A stretch of 41,545 bases of DNA, from the sequence record SRR20825010_6051; one strand, given 5' to 3'. Position numbers and translations under genes: made by a program. The notes under the pieces were generated by a model that worked only from the letters and a program-made list of their open reading frames with translations, had not been told where the DNA came from and made no database searches. Below are positions 20,067 through 29,343 of the stretch, in pieces. Within the stretch, counting starts at the first letter, position 1, and each line of letters begins with the position of its first letter.

Positions 20067-20230
20067 ACCACGAACTGGTCGGCCTACAATAACGCGTTGA
20101 AGGGCTGCGGATCGCTGGCGATCTGGTTTGCCCCAGAGAGCGTTTGGACGCCAGCCCCAGCGGCAGGCGTGGTTGACAACAGAGCCTCAGTGACGCTGCC
20201 AAACATGCCTGATGCTCAAAGTCCTGCTCG
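20067..20230 (+). pseudogene. IS5-family (IS903-group-like) transposase N-terminal remnant, frameshifted
   Basis: Translates to TTNWSAYNNALKGCGSLAIWFAPE...GRRG*QQSLSDAA..TCLMLKVL, matching the TNWxxYNxALxxRGSLxIWF / YSDxAIQTCLxxKVLF motifs. Confidence 0.75.
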
Positions 20231-20411
20231 TGAGAGGACCGGGTGCGTTGAGAGGGGGCCGTTGCATTAACGGCCCGCTGCTCGGTGAGCATATCGCTTA
20301 CGTCCGGGCACGAAAGCGGGTAGCGGCAGGACCATCGCTCACGCCTCGGCTTGTGGCAACAATGGCTCGAACATCTCCATGGTTAATGCAAAGCTTCCCT
20401 TTGGCCTGAAA

Positions 20412-20493
20412 ACCTGAAGGCCGCCCCCTGACATGAAGCCCATGCCATAGCTTGGTCCGGCGGAAAACTGGTCCGAAATCCAAGACCACCTCT
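20412..20493 (+). mobile_element. IS3-family right-end remnant (copy 1)
   Basis: 82 bp, about 65/82 identical by manual alignment to 24694-24775; ends ...AAAACTGGTCCGAAATCCAAGACCACCTC. Confidence 0.65.
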
Positions 20494-20703
20494 CTACCCC
20501 AAGGCATAGGTGTCTATGCGCGGCGACATCGCGATTAGCCTTCGGAGCTTCGGCACTATTCAGGGCAACCTGCGACATCGGTCGAGATCGAAATTAATCG
20601 CGGAGCCGACGTCCGGCTGGATGCCCCCATGCGCAGGGTCACGTTCAGGTTGCCCCGACACTCCGAAAAGATCGACCGAGCGTCGAACCAAGAGGTGGAT
20701 GAA

Positions 20704-23700
20704 GTGTTCAAGCCCGCGTCAATCTGTTTTACGCATGTGCTCTACGGCAGCATGATCGCACTTGCGACGCTGTCGGCGTCCCAGCTGCGGGCCGGCGATT
20801 TCCTTCTGGACTGGAACGAGCTCGACTGGCCCACTGGGTCCACCGCAGCGCAGACTTACACGCTGACGGACCAGTACGGGTTCGAAGTGGACGCAACAAT
20901 CAATGTAACGGGCACTTTCACCAATTTCGGGACCCTTGTCACGCCGGATGAGACGAATACCTTTGGCGGCGGTGTGGGATCGCTGGCTTTTATCGTGGAC
21001 TCGCCTGCAAACCTTGGAAAGATCGGCGATTCAACAGCCAGAGCGCAGTTGAGCTTTACGTCGAATAGCATTCCTCTGCCAGTCAACGGGCTGCAGCTGG
21101 ACATCGTCGATGTCGACGCGGGGGATGCGAACACGACGATTGACCGCTGTGATTTCATCACCGTGACCGGCGACAACGGCGATCCGGCCCTGTCCGCGGT
21201 ATCGGCGACGCCCGTGTTTGTCCTGGGGCCTGGACCGGGCACCGGGACGACGGGCGTCATCGCCGCCAACCAGGCGCAATGTCTCTACATCGAAGGGCCT
21301 GTAGTGTCGCCGACCTCTAACAATGATGACAGGGGAACGGTCCGCGCGACATTTCCCGACAACACCTCGTCGGCGACCGTCATATATGACGAATCCATCG
21401 GCAATGTCAGAACCCAGCTCAGCTATGACCCCGCCGCACGGGGCATCGGCGTTCTGGCTGCAAGCGCCTTCACCGTCGGGCAGAGCATTTCGCTGGTCAA
21501 AACCTCGGACCCGTCCGAGCTTCCCGAACCGGGGACCACGATCACCTATACCTACTTTGTCACAAATGACGGGGTCCTGCCGTTCAACACCGGGCAGGAT
21601 ATCGTCATCCAGGACGATTCCGTTGCCACCGTGACCTGCCCGGCGATCACCGCCGACGTGCCGGTTGGCGGCACTCTTGAATGTACTGCGGAGTACACGG
21701 TGACCGTGGCGGATATCCTGAATGGCGGCCTAACCTCGACGGCGACGGCAGGTATCGGCCCGATCGGTCAGGCCTTTGACGACCGGCTGCAATCCGACGC
21801 CGAGACGCTGACGCTGCTCTATGCGCTGGGATATGATTTCGGCGATGCGCCTATCACCTATCTGGCGCCCTCGCACGCTATCGTGGTGTCTCCGACGGTC
21901 TACCTCGGCAACACGGCGCCCGATGCCGATGCCTTCACCCAGTCGAATCTGACAGCCACCGGCGACGACCTGTCGGACAGCGACGATGAAGATGGCGTTG
22001 CTCTGCCACTGCTCACCCAAGGCACGATTGTCACGATCACAGTCGATGTTGCGGGCGACGGTTATCTTCAGGCGTGGATGGACTTCAACGGTAACGGATT
22101 ATTCGAAAACGATGCCCTGGAGCGTCTGGCCACCGACCTGCGCGACGACGGAACGGGCGACGATCTCGTCGCCGGAGACGGTGAGATCCAGATCAGAGTA
22201 TCGGTGCCCGACGACGCCACCACATCACTGACCTTTGGTCGTTTCCGCTGGGCCTCCGAGGCCGGTCTTGGCATTTCGAACCCCACGCTGGATGGCGAGG
22301 TCGAGGATTATTCCTTTGTCATTGCCGCCGCCGATCTGGTCGACCGGGGCGACGCGCCTGCCAGCTATGGCGACCCGCGCCATATCGTGGTGCCGCTGAT
22401 ATATTTGGGCAACGCACTGCCCGATACCGAGACCTCGGACAGGTTTTCGGCCGATGCAGATGGCGACGATCTGTCCGGCATCGACGACGAAGACGCCACC
22501 AGCTTTCCGACACTGGCGGCGGGCGCCATCGTGCCGCTGACCGTGCTCACCCATGAAACGCTCAGCGTGCAGTTCGACCTGGGTTTGCCGGTTCTGGTGC
22601 CGGGCATCACCAACCTGCAGCTCTGGATCGACTACGACCAGAACGGTACGTTCGAGAGTGATGAACAGGTGGCGGTCGATTACCGCGATGGCGGCACCGG
22701 CGACACCGACGGTGTCTTCAACAACCAGATCACGCTGAACATCCCGGTGCCCACCGATATCGGCGACGGCGCCACCTATGCACGCCTGCGCTGGTCCACC
22801 ACCAGCGGCCTTGTCGCCGATCCGTTCGACGGACTGAACCTTGATGGCGAGGTTGAGGATTATCTTGTCACCCTGTCAAACCCCAGCAGCCCGCTTGCCG
22901 CGGATTTGTCGCTGACCAAAGCGGTGTTGCGTGCCTCTGATGGCCTGCCAACCACCTTGGCCACCGCCGGAGAAGCGCTGGACTTTGTCCTGACCGTCAC
23001 CAGTGACGGACCGGCTTCGGCCACCGGAATCCGGGTGCGGGATTTGATACCGAGTGGCTTTACCTATGTCTCGGACGATGCCGCCGCGCAGGGGGATACC
23101 TATGACGCCGATACCGGGATCTGGAATCTGGGCGATGTCCCCGCAGGCAGCAGCCATGCGCTGACCATTCGTGTCACCATGCGGGATAGCGGAAATCACA
23201 CCAACACCGCCGAGATCGTCGCCAGTTCGCTGCCCGATCCAGACAGTGATCCGGCCGGCGGCACCTTGGTGGATGACCTGTCCGACGGGCTGGCCGATGA
23301 TGACGAGGCATCCGTCACCGTGACGTACACCGGCACCGGCGCGACCCTCTCGGGCGTGGTCTTTCTCGATAATGGTGCGGGGGCCACAGCCTATGACGGT
23401 GTGCAGGGCGGGGCGGAAATCACCACCGACCGTGCCGTGGTCGAGGTCTATGACAGCGCCGGTGTTCTGCTTGGCGCCCCCGCTGTTGCCGCCGATGGCC
23501 GCTGGAGCCTGATCTTGCCCGATGGCTATATCGATGCGGTTACCGTCACTGTTCTGCCCGACGCAGGGCTGCGCCCCGTTTCGGAAACGGTCGCGGCGCT
23601 GCCGGGGATGGTGAATGCAGATCCCCGCGACGGAAGGTTTACGTTCACCCCGGCGGCGAGCACCTCTTACAACGATCTGAACTTTGGCCTGATCGTCGAG

Positions 23701-24423
23701 GCCCGGATGAATCTCGATCAGCAGGCGGCGATCCGCCCCGGTCAGGTCGTATCGCTTCGGCATGAATATGTCGCAGATTCCTCCAGCATAGTTGCTTTCG
23801 TCGTTGAAAACGAGACGAGCGCAAACCCCGGCGCGTTTTCTACCACGCTGTTTCTTGACACAGATTGCGACGGGTCAGGCGACACAGCGATCACCGCTCC
23901 GGTCGCCATTCAGGCCGGAACCCAGTTGTGCGTCGTCGCACGGGTGTCAGCCTCGTCGGCGGTCAGCCCGACCGCATCCTACAGCTTTGATCTGGTGGCC
24001 AATACCTCTTACGGAGCCTCGGGCCTGACCGAACAGGATCGCAACACCGACCGGGTGGCCGTAGAGTCCTCGCAAGGCGCGGTCAAACTGACCAAGACGG
24101 TGCGCAATGTAACCCAAGGCACCGCCGAAGGTGTTATCAACGGGGCGGGCGCCGGAGATGTGCTTGAATATCGTATCTACGTCCAAAACACCGGGTCCGT
24201 CCCGGCATCGGATATCATCATTTACGACAAGACGCCGCCTTACACCGCGCTTGCCGGCTCAGTGCCAAGCCCGATCAACCTGAGCAGCGGAGTAACTTGC
24301 AGCAGCGGCACACCGGGATCAGCCAGCAGTGGCTATGTCGGAAACTTGAGATGGGACTGTAGCGGACTGGTTCAGCCGGGGGACGAGGGATCTGTGTCCT
24401 TCACAGTAAGGGTTGCGCGTTGA
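20704..24423 (+). CDS. Secreted multidomain adhesin-like protein: N-terminal head, two GEVED domains, DUF11-type Ig domains, C-terminal truncated DUF11 domain
   Basis: GTG start after GAGGTGG; signal peptide MFKPASICF...SQLRA; DFGDAP...GEVEDY twice; DLSLTK...RDLIPSG...TNTAEI DUF11; C-terminal LTK...YDKTP...VSFTVRV. Confidence 0.85.
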   Translation: MFKPASICFTHVLYGSMIALATLSASQLRAGDFLLDWNELDWPTGSTAAQTYTLTDQYGFEVDATINVTGTFTNFGTLVTPDETNTFGGGVGSLAFIVDSPANLGKIGDSTARAQLSFTSNSIPLPVNGLQLDIVDVDAGDANTTIDRCDFITVTGDNGDPALSAVSATPVFVLGPGPGTGTTGVIAANQAQCLYIEGPVVSPTSNNDDRGTVRATFPDNTSSATVIYDESIGNVRTQLSYDPAARGIGVLAASAFTVGQSISLVKTSDPSELPEPGTTITYTYFVTNDGVLPFNTGQDIVIQDDSVATVTCPAITADVPVGGTLECTAEYTVTVADILNGGLTSTATAGIGPIGQAFDDRLQSDAETLTLLYALGYDFGDAPITYLAPSHAIVVSPTVYLGNTAPDADAFTQSNLTATGDDLSDSDDEDGVALPLLTQGTIVTITVDVAGDGYLQAWMDFNGNGLFENDALERLATDLRDDGTGDDLVAGDGEIQIRVSVPDDATTSLTFGRFRWASEAGLGISNPTLDGEVEDYSFVIAAADLVDRGDAPASYGDPRHIVVPLIYLGNALPDTETSDRFSADADGDDLSGIDDEDATSFPTLAAGAIVPLTVLTHETLSVQFDLGLPVLVPGITNLQLWIDYDQNGTFESDEQVAVDYRDGGTGDTDGVFNNQITLNIPVPTDIGDGATYARLRWSTTSGLVADPFDGLNLDGEVEDYLVTLSNPSSPLAADLSLTKAVLRASDGLPTTLATAGEALDFVLTVTSDGPASATGIRVRDLIPSGFTYVSDDAAAQGDTYDADTGIWNLGDVPAGSSHALTIRVTMRDSGNHTNTAEIVASSLPDPDSDPAGGTLVDDLSDGLADDDEASVTVTYTGTGATLSGVVFLDNGAGATAYDGVQGGAEITTDRAVVEVYDSAGVLLGAPAVAADGRWSLILPDGYIDAVTVTVLPDAGLRPVSETVAALPGMVNADPRDGRFTFTPAASTSYNDLNFGLIVEARMNLDQQAAIRPGQVVSLRHEYVADSSSIVAFVVENETSANPGAFSTTLFLDTDCDGSGDTAITAPVAIQAGTQLCVVARVSASSAVSPTASYSFDLVANTSYGASGLTEQDRNTDRVAVESSQGAVKLTKTVRNVTQGTAEGVINGAGAGDVLEYRIYVQNTGSVPASDIIIYDKTPPYTALAGSVPSPINLSSGVTCSSGTPGSASSGYVGNLRWDCSGLVQPGDEGSVSFTVRVAR

Positions 24424-24499
24424 TCATATAAGCACCGTTCCAGCATAAGTCGTTGTACAGCGCGCGCATTGGGCGGCATCATCCAAGGGGCGTGCGACA

Positions 24500-24625
24500 C
24501 ATCGATGGCTCTACGCGCAGCAGCGGGAAGGACTGCGAGCGCGCCCGGCGCGCGGGCCGAGGCCCAGATCGCCCGTCGAAGCTGACAACGCATCAGAGAC
24601 AGGCATCGCGGAATGGCACGCTCAG
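24500..24625 (+). pseudogene. Possible serine resolvase C-terminal remnant
   Basis: ...KDCERARRAGRGPDRPSKLTTHQRQ resembles the resolvase arm/HTH linker EGRERAKARG..GRKPKLTPHQ. Confidence 0.35.
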
Positions 24626-24639
24626 AGATGCGACACCGC

Positions 24640-24775
24640 CCAGATCGCACGGGCTGCTGACACCGGACGAGGCCTATGATAGCCAGGACCCGGACCTGAA
24701 GATTGCCGCCTGAAATGAAACCGATGCTATAGCTTAGCTCGGCGGAAAACTGGTCGAAAAAACCGGACCACCTCT
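24640..24775 (+). mobile_element. IS3-family transposase 3' end and right-end remnant (copy 2)
   Basis: RSHGLLTPDEAYDSQDPDLKIAA* (typical OrfB C-terminus), then TAGCTTAG...AAAACTGGTCGAAAAAACCGGACCACCTC. Confidence 0.7.
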
Positions 24776-25044
24776 TACAAAGGAGACGGACTAAGGGCGT
24801 GAAACGGAGGGACGAATTCCGCCAGAATGCCTGCTGATCCGTCCCGAAAGCGGGACGGACGGCTATTCCGGCCGGCTGAAATCGCGATCTGGCTGCGGTT
24901 TGCGGCCCGGGGTTACGGCTATGCCGGAGCTTTCGACCCGCATCAGGATCGGGAGCAGGATGCGGTTACAGCCCGGATCACTTGGACTATCACTTGGCCT
25001 TGGGCGAGCAATCCGAAGGCCCTGCCTGCAACAGGGGCGCAATT

Positions 25045-25305
25045 TCAGCGGCGCTTTGTGAATTGGGCGGAGTAGCCGTTTTCCGGCGCCGCAGGACGGG
25101 ACCGGGCCAGCCTCCGGGTTTTGATCATCGCCGCAGGCATCAGAAAACCTAACGAGCTGGCAAGAGAGGCAAAGAAGTAGGCCGGGAAAATACGCGTCCC
25201 CACAGCAAGCAACAGAACGAAAGTGACAAAACCCAAGGCGAGGGTGCAGACCAGCGCAGCCCCCATGAGAGGGTGCTCGTGATCGGCATTGGCGTCGTTT
25301 TTCAT
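25045..25305 (-). CDS. Small hypothetical membrane protein (two predicted TM helices)
   Basis: MKNDANADHEHPLMGAALVCTLALGFVTFVLLLAVG...YFFASLASSLGFLM; GGAG upstream of ATG. Confidence 0.5.
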   Translation of the reverse strand: MKNDANADHEHPLMGAALVCTLALGFVTFVLLLAVGTRIFPAYFFASLASSLGFLMPAAMIKTRRLARSRPAAPENGYSAQFTKRR

Positions 25306-25897
25306 GGCATGCTCCGGGCTGGTTGCGGGACATAACATCCTTAACGGGCCATCAGCCGTCCTTCTCCGGTTCCAAAGTATCTGCCAAACGGCCAAAGCCT
25401 ATCGTGTTAGCCTTTCGTACACGGGGGCAGCGCCGGACGAGGCGATGTCCCGCATCCCGGAAACCGTTATGGGTCTGTTCGCGATATCCGCCGACACCAT
25501 CTATGGGATCAGCGGATTGACCGAGCAGATCAGCAACACCGGCGTGGTCCGCGTCGAACGCTCGGGCGGGTGACTGGAGCCACGCAAGACCGTCCAAAAC
25601 CTGACGCAAGGCGCCCCGGAAGGAGTCAGCAGCGGGGCCACGTCGGGCGGTGGTCGTGAGTATCTCATCTATCTGGAAAACCCCGGCCAACAGCCTGCAA
25701 CCCAGATCGTGATCCACGACCGGACACCGCCCTGTACCGAACTGGCTTCGAGCATTCCCAGCCCGGTGCCAGCCCGGTCAACGTCGGCAACAACTGGGTT
25801 TGCACCCTGATTGAGCCAGCGTCGAACGCTGCGGGTTGGACCAGGCGCGGGCCCGCCCCGCAAGACAGCAGTGAAGCCTACCACCTGAGAGACCTGC

Positions 25898-25931
25898 AAA
25901 AGAAACTGCCCTTCCCGATGGGGAAGGGCAG
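25898..25931 (-). terminator. Rho-independent terminator
   Basis: 11-bp stem CTGCCCTTCCC/GGGAAGGGCAG, 4-nt loop, followed on the minus strand by TTTCTTTT. Confidence 0.8.
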
Positions 25932-26004
25932 CAGGGGCATTTTCCGTGAGTGGTGTGCGGAACCCTCATGCAGGGGGGAGGGGAGATTCCGCATATGCGC
26001 CCCG
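25898..26004 (-). ncRNA. Candidate structured sRNA with C-rich (anti-Shine-Dalgarno-like) loop
   Basis: Hairpin 25954-25962/25987-25995 enclosing UCUCCCCUCCCCCCUG, followed by an intrinsic terminator. Confidence 0.45.
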
Positions 26005-26111
26005 GTCGAAAGATCCTTATCTTTCCTGAACTAAGACCACATTAACGTAAAACAGCCGCCAAGACGGCCACACAAAGGTCAGTTGGCCTATCCTTTGGCA
26101 GTAGAGACTAC

Positions 26112-28667
26112 CTATCTGTCGGAGAGAACTTGCTGCCATGCCGTCTGGGCGGCTTCGCAAGCAGGGGCAAGGTTGAGCATCACCTGCCTCAGACGATCTG
26201 TCTGCCCAAGTTTGCAGGCTTGTTCGATATCGCGCAGCAAATGCTGCAACCGCAACGCGCCCATCATGCCGCTGATGCCGGAAAAGGTGTGGGCTGCGGA
26301 TTGCGTCTCATCAAGATCGCCCCGCGCCGCGGCCCTTTCAAGATCATCCTTGAGAGCGCTTGCGTTCTGCCAGAATTCCTCCACATGCCGGGACAGGTCG
26401 TCATGCTCGAAAAGAGCCTGCAGGTCCGCGACCTGCTCGGGGTTGAGAACCCGCTCCGGGGCGGTCTCTGCGCTTTTGTCAAAGGCCTCGGGCCCGCTGC
26501 GATACTCTTTTTGCAAGCAATCGATCAGCGCCCGACGGCTGACCGGCTTCAGCAGATAGCCCGACATTCCCGCCTCGCGAAAAGCGTCTTGTTCGTCTGG
26601 CAAGGCATGGGCGGTGAAGGCCACGATCGGCGTGTCCCGATTGGGGCCTTCTTGTCCGCGGATCGCCCGAGAAGCCTGGGTACCGTTGATGCCCGGCATG
26701 GAAATGTCCATCAGGATCAGGTCGAAAGGCTGGTCGAGCGCGGCCCTGATCGCGGCCTCTCCGCCATCGGCGGTATCGCTCCTGTACCCGGACATGGCCA
26801 GCATTTTCACCATGAGATCCCGGTTGATCTGGTTGTCGTCGACCACAAGGATGTGCTTTTCCTCGGCATGGGCAGCACCGTGCAGCGAAAGCTCGTCTTT
26901 TGCGTCCCGCACCACCAGATCTGTCTCTTGTATCGGCAGGTCCAGGATGAAAGTCGCGCCTTCCCCGATCTCGGATTCGCAGCGCAAACTGCCACCCAGC
27001 CGATCGACGAAACGGCGCACGATGCCCAGTCCCAAGCCCGTTCCGCCGGTTCGGCGTTCATAGCGGTCATCCAGAGAGACAAAATCCTCGAAGATCCGGG
27101 CCTGGTCTTCGGGGGCGATGCCGATTCCTGTATCGCTGACTTCGAAACGAAGGCGGTTTTGGCCGGCCTCGTCGCCGGAAGCCATATAGCTAACGAAAAG
27201 CGACACCGCCCCTTCGGGAGAAAACTTGATCGCGTTACTCAGAAGATTGATCAGGATCTGTTGCAGGGATCTTGGCACCGTCATGAAATGTCGGCCTGCG
27301 ATGCCCTTGCATTGCAGGTCCAGCTCCACGTTCATGCTCTTGGCCATCGGGTCCAACATCGCGATCATGTTCGAGACCAGGGCGTGGACATCGCAGGCCT
27401 CGGTTGCCATCCCCTGCCCATCTTCGCTGCGTTCGATGGCAAGCACATCGTTAATATGGGACATCAAGACATCGCCCGAGAACAGCGCCGTGTTAAGATG
27501 CGTCTTCTGCTCGGCGGTCAGCGGGCTTTCTTCCATCAGGTAGAGCGACGATAGGACACCGTTCAGCGGGGTGCGCATCTCGTGGCTCATCATGGCAAAG
27601 AAGCGCGAGCGTTCTTTGACCGCCGAAAGCGCCGCATCCCGGGCCTTGGTCAGGTCGGCCTCATGTTGCTTTTCGCTGGAGATGTCCCTGAAGAAGGAGA
27701 TGAAGATGGGCCCAGTGCTCATCTGCGCGGTGGTGATCTGAGCCTGCGCGGGAAACGTCGATCCATCCGCGCGCATCATGCAGAATTCATGAACACCGCC
27801 ATCGGCAAAGGTCTTCCGTCCGGTTTCTTGATATTTCTTCAGGCTCTGCTCGACCGTCTCGCGTTCCGCCGGGGGAAAGAGCAATTCGATTACGAATTTC
27901 CCAAAAGCCTGCCTTTTGTTGTAACCAAAGATCTCTTCGGCCCCGGTGTTGAAGTCGATCACCCGACCCATGCCGTCGGCGACCACGATTCCACCAAGCG
28001 CCCCATCCAGGGTCGCCCGCAGTTGTCTCTGTTTTTCTTCGGCCGCGATCGAAGCGCGGCGCATCGATTGGGTCCGCTTTTGCAAGAAGAAAATCGTCAG
28101 GGCCATGGCCAGCGTACTGAGCACGATGACGATCATCATCACTTCCAGAAGAGATACGATCCGCTTCCGCTGAAGAGCCTGCTTCTCGGTCTCCTCCCGT
28201 ATCGCCCCGAGCGCGATGCTTCGGCTGAGATGCGCCTGTTCGAGTAGAGTTCTCTCGAAGTCTGGCAAGCCCGCGACAAGCTGTTCATCCTGCCCGTCGA
28301 TCAGGGCAATGTGATCGTCCAGCATGCGTTGCAGGGATGCGAGGTTTGTCTGGGCCTCGGGGGTCAAATTCTCTCCCGAGAACAACGGGAGTCGGCTGTA
28401 GAGCAGGTCAAAGCGTTTGCGCACTTCTGGCAGGTCGGGGTCTTCTGCTTCGACCTCGTTCCTGAGGACAACAAGCAGCTTGAGATACTCGACCTCGACC
28501 TGCGCCGCGCGCCAGGCAATCTGATCACCCTGTGCCACGCCCAGAAGGCGGACGTTGTCGCGCACGACAAGGGATAACCCCAGCATGAAGACAAGCGCCA
28601 GGATTGCCAGGCCGGTCAGGGTAAACCGCTCTTTTCCAATCCCGGCACCCTTGTCGGTTCGCTCCAT
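26112..28667 (-). CDS. Hybrid sensor histidine kinase (2 TM, periplasmic domain, PAS, HisKA, HATPase, REC, Hpt)
   Basis: MSHEMRTPLNG, NLLSNAIKF, DTGIGI, GTGLGL, LILMDISMPG, Hpt AAHTFSG; start MERTDKG chosen because the longer ORF overlaps the upstream gene. Confidence 0.93.
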   Translation of the reverse strand: MERTDKGAGIGKERFTLTGLAILALVFMLGLSLVVRDNVRLLGVAQGDQIAWRAAQVEVEYLKLLVVLRNEVEAEDPDLPEVRKRFDLLYSRLPLFSGENLTPEAQTNLASLQRMLDDHIALIDGQDEQLVAGLPDFERTLLEQAHLSRSIALGAIREETEKQALQRKRIVSLLEVMMIVIVLSTLAMALTIFFLQKRTQSMRRASIAAEEKQRQLRATLDGALGGIVVADGMGRVIDFNTGAEEIFGYNKRQAFGKFVIELLFPPAERETVEQSLKKYQETGRKTFADGGVHEFCMMRADGSTFPAQAQITTAQMSTGPIFISFFRDISSEKQHEADLTKARDAALSAVKERSRFFAMMSHEMRTPLNGVLSSLYLMEESPLTAEQKTHLNTALFSGDVLMSHINDVLAIERSEDGQGMATEACDVHALVSNMIAMLDPMAKSMNVELDLQCKGIAGRHFMTVPRSLQQILINLLSNAIKFSPEGAVSLFVSYMASGDEAGQNRLRFEVSDTGIGIAPEDQARIFEDFVSLDDRYERRTGGTGLGLGIVRRFVDRLGGSLRCESEIGEGATFILDLPIQETDLVVRDAKDELSLHGAAHAEEKHILVVDDNQINRDLMVKMLAMSGYRSDTADGGEAAIRAALDQPFDLILMDISMPGINGTQASRAIRGQEGPNRDTPIVAFTAHALPDEQDAFREAGMSGYLLKPVSRRALIDCLQKEYRSGPEAFDKSAETAPERVLNPEQVADLQALFEHDDLSRHVEEFWQNASALKDDLERAAARGDLDETQSAAHTFSGISGMMGALRLQHLLRDIEQACKLGQTDRLRQVMLNLAPACEAAQTAWQQVLSDR

Positions 28668-28689
28668 GTACGCCCCGAAATGCAGAGGG

Positions 28690-29160
28690 TTATTGCTCAA
28701 CTCTGAGGCGATCCATCTGCCATATTGAACGGGAGTAGACAACCTCAACCTGATATTTCGTATTGTCGTCGTAGGGATAGACCAACCAAAGCGGCCCCTT
28801 TCCCCGGCGGGACATTGGCGCGCCATTCTGATGATAGGCGACGATTGGTGCGGTGTCCTCGATCTCGTCCAGAGGTATATCGACGCTGTAATCATTGATG
28901 GCTTGCGCCGTGATGGTGCCTTCAGACACCCCCAACTCCTTCAAGAGGGCCGCCAGAGGCACACCTTCAAAGGTCTGGGGCCCCTCTGTCCAGATGGTTT
29001 TGGTGACGAAGCTCTCTACGGGCATGGCCTGAAGCTCTTCGAGCGTGAAGCTATGAACCGTGCCATTGATGGTGGCGGTCAGCATGGCTGTTCCGTCAGC
29101 TTGCGCAAAACATGCAAGCCCCATGACGGCCCCACCCGCGACACAGGAAAGTAGGCGCAT
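28690..29160 (-). CDS. Small periplasmic protein with molybdopterin-oxidoreductase-like (Oxidored_molyb) fold
   Basis: Signal peptide ...CFAQA; TKTIWTEG..FEGVPL, AINDYSV, RGKGPLWLVYPYD, SIWQ. Confidence 0.8.
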   Translation of the reverse strand: MRLLSCVAGGAVMGLACFAQADGTAMLTATINGTVHSFTLEELQAMPVESFVTKTIWTEGPQTFEGVPLAALLKELGVSEGTITAQAINDYSVDIPLDEIEDTAPIVAYHQNGAPMSRRGKGPLWLVYPYDDNTKYQVEVVYSRSIWQMDRLRVEQ

Positions 29161-29343
29161 CTCTTTTCCCTTTGCGTGGTTTCGACAGAAACACTTTAGT
29201 TTTACGGGAAAGTATCAGCATGGTAGATTAAGGATAACGGCATATGCGTAAGCATATAAGTATGCCCAAAGGCCTATACTCCAGTGTGCCAACGACAGGA
29301 TAGGCTCGAAACGCAAGAATCAGCAGGCAGGATCCGAATAGGC

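Noticed and set aside
25289-25573. 94-aa plus-strand ORF
   Set aside because: No recognisable domain or clear RBS; overlaps the start of the small membrane protein; could be a gene remnant but this cannot be supported
28668-28895. N-terminal extension of the histidine kinase ORF
   Set aside because: Overlaps the upstream periplasmic protein gene; the TM-proximal ATG at 28667 is more plausible
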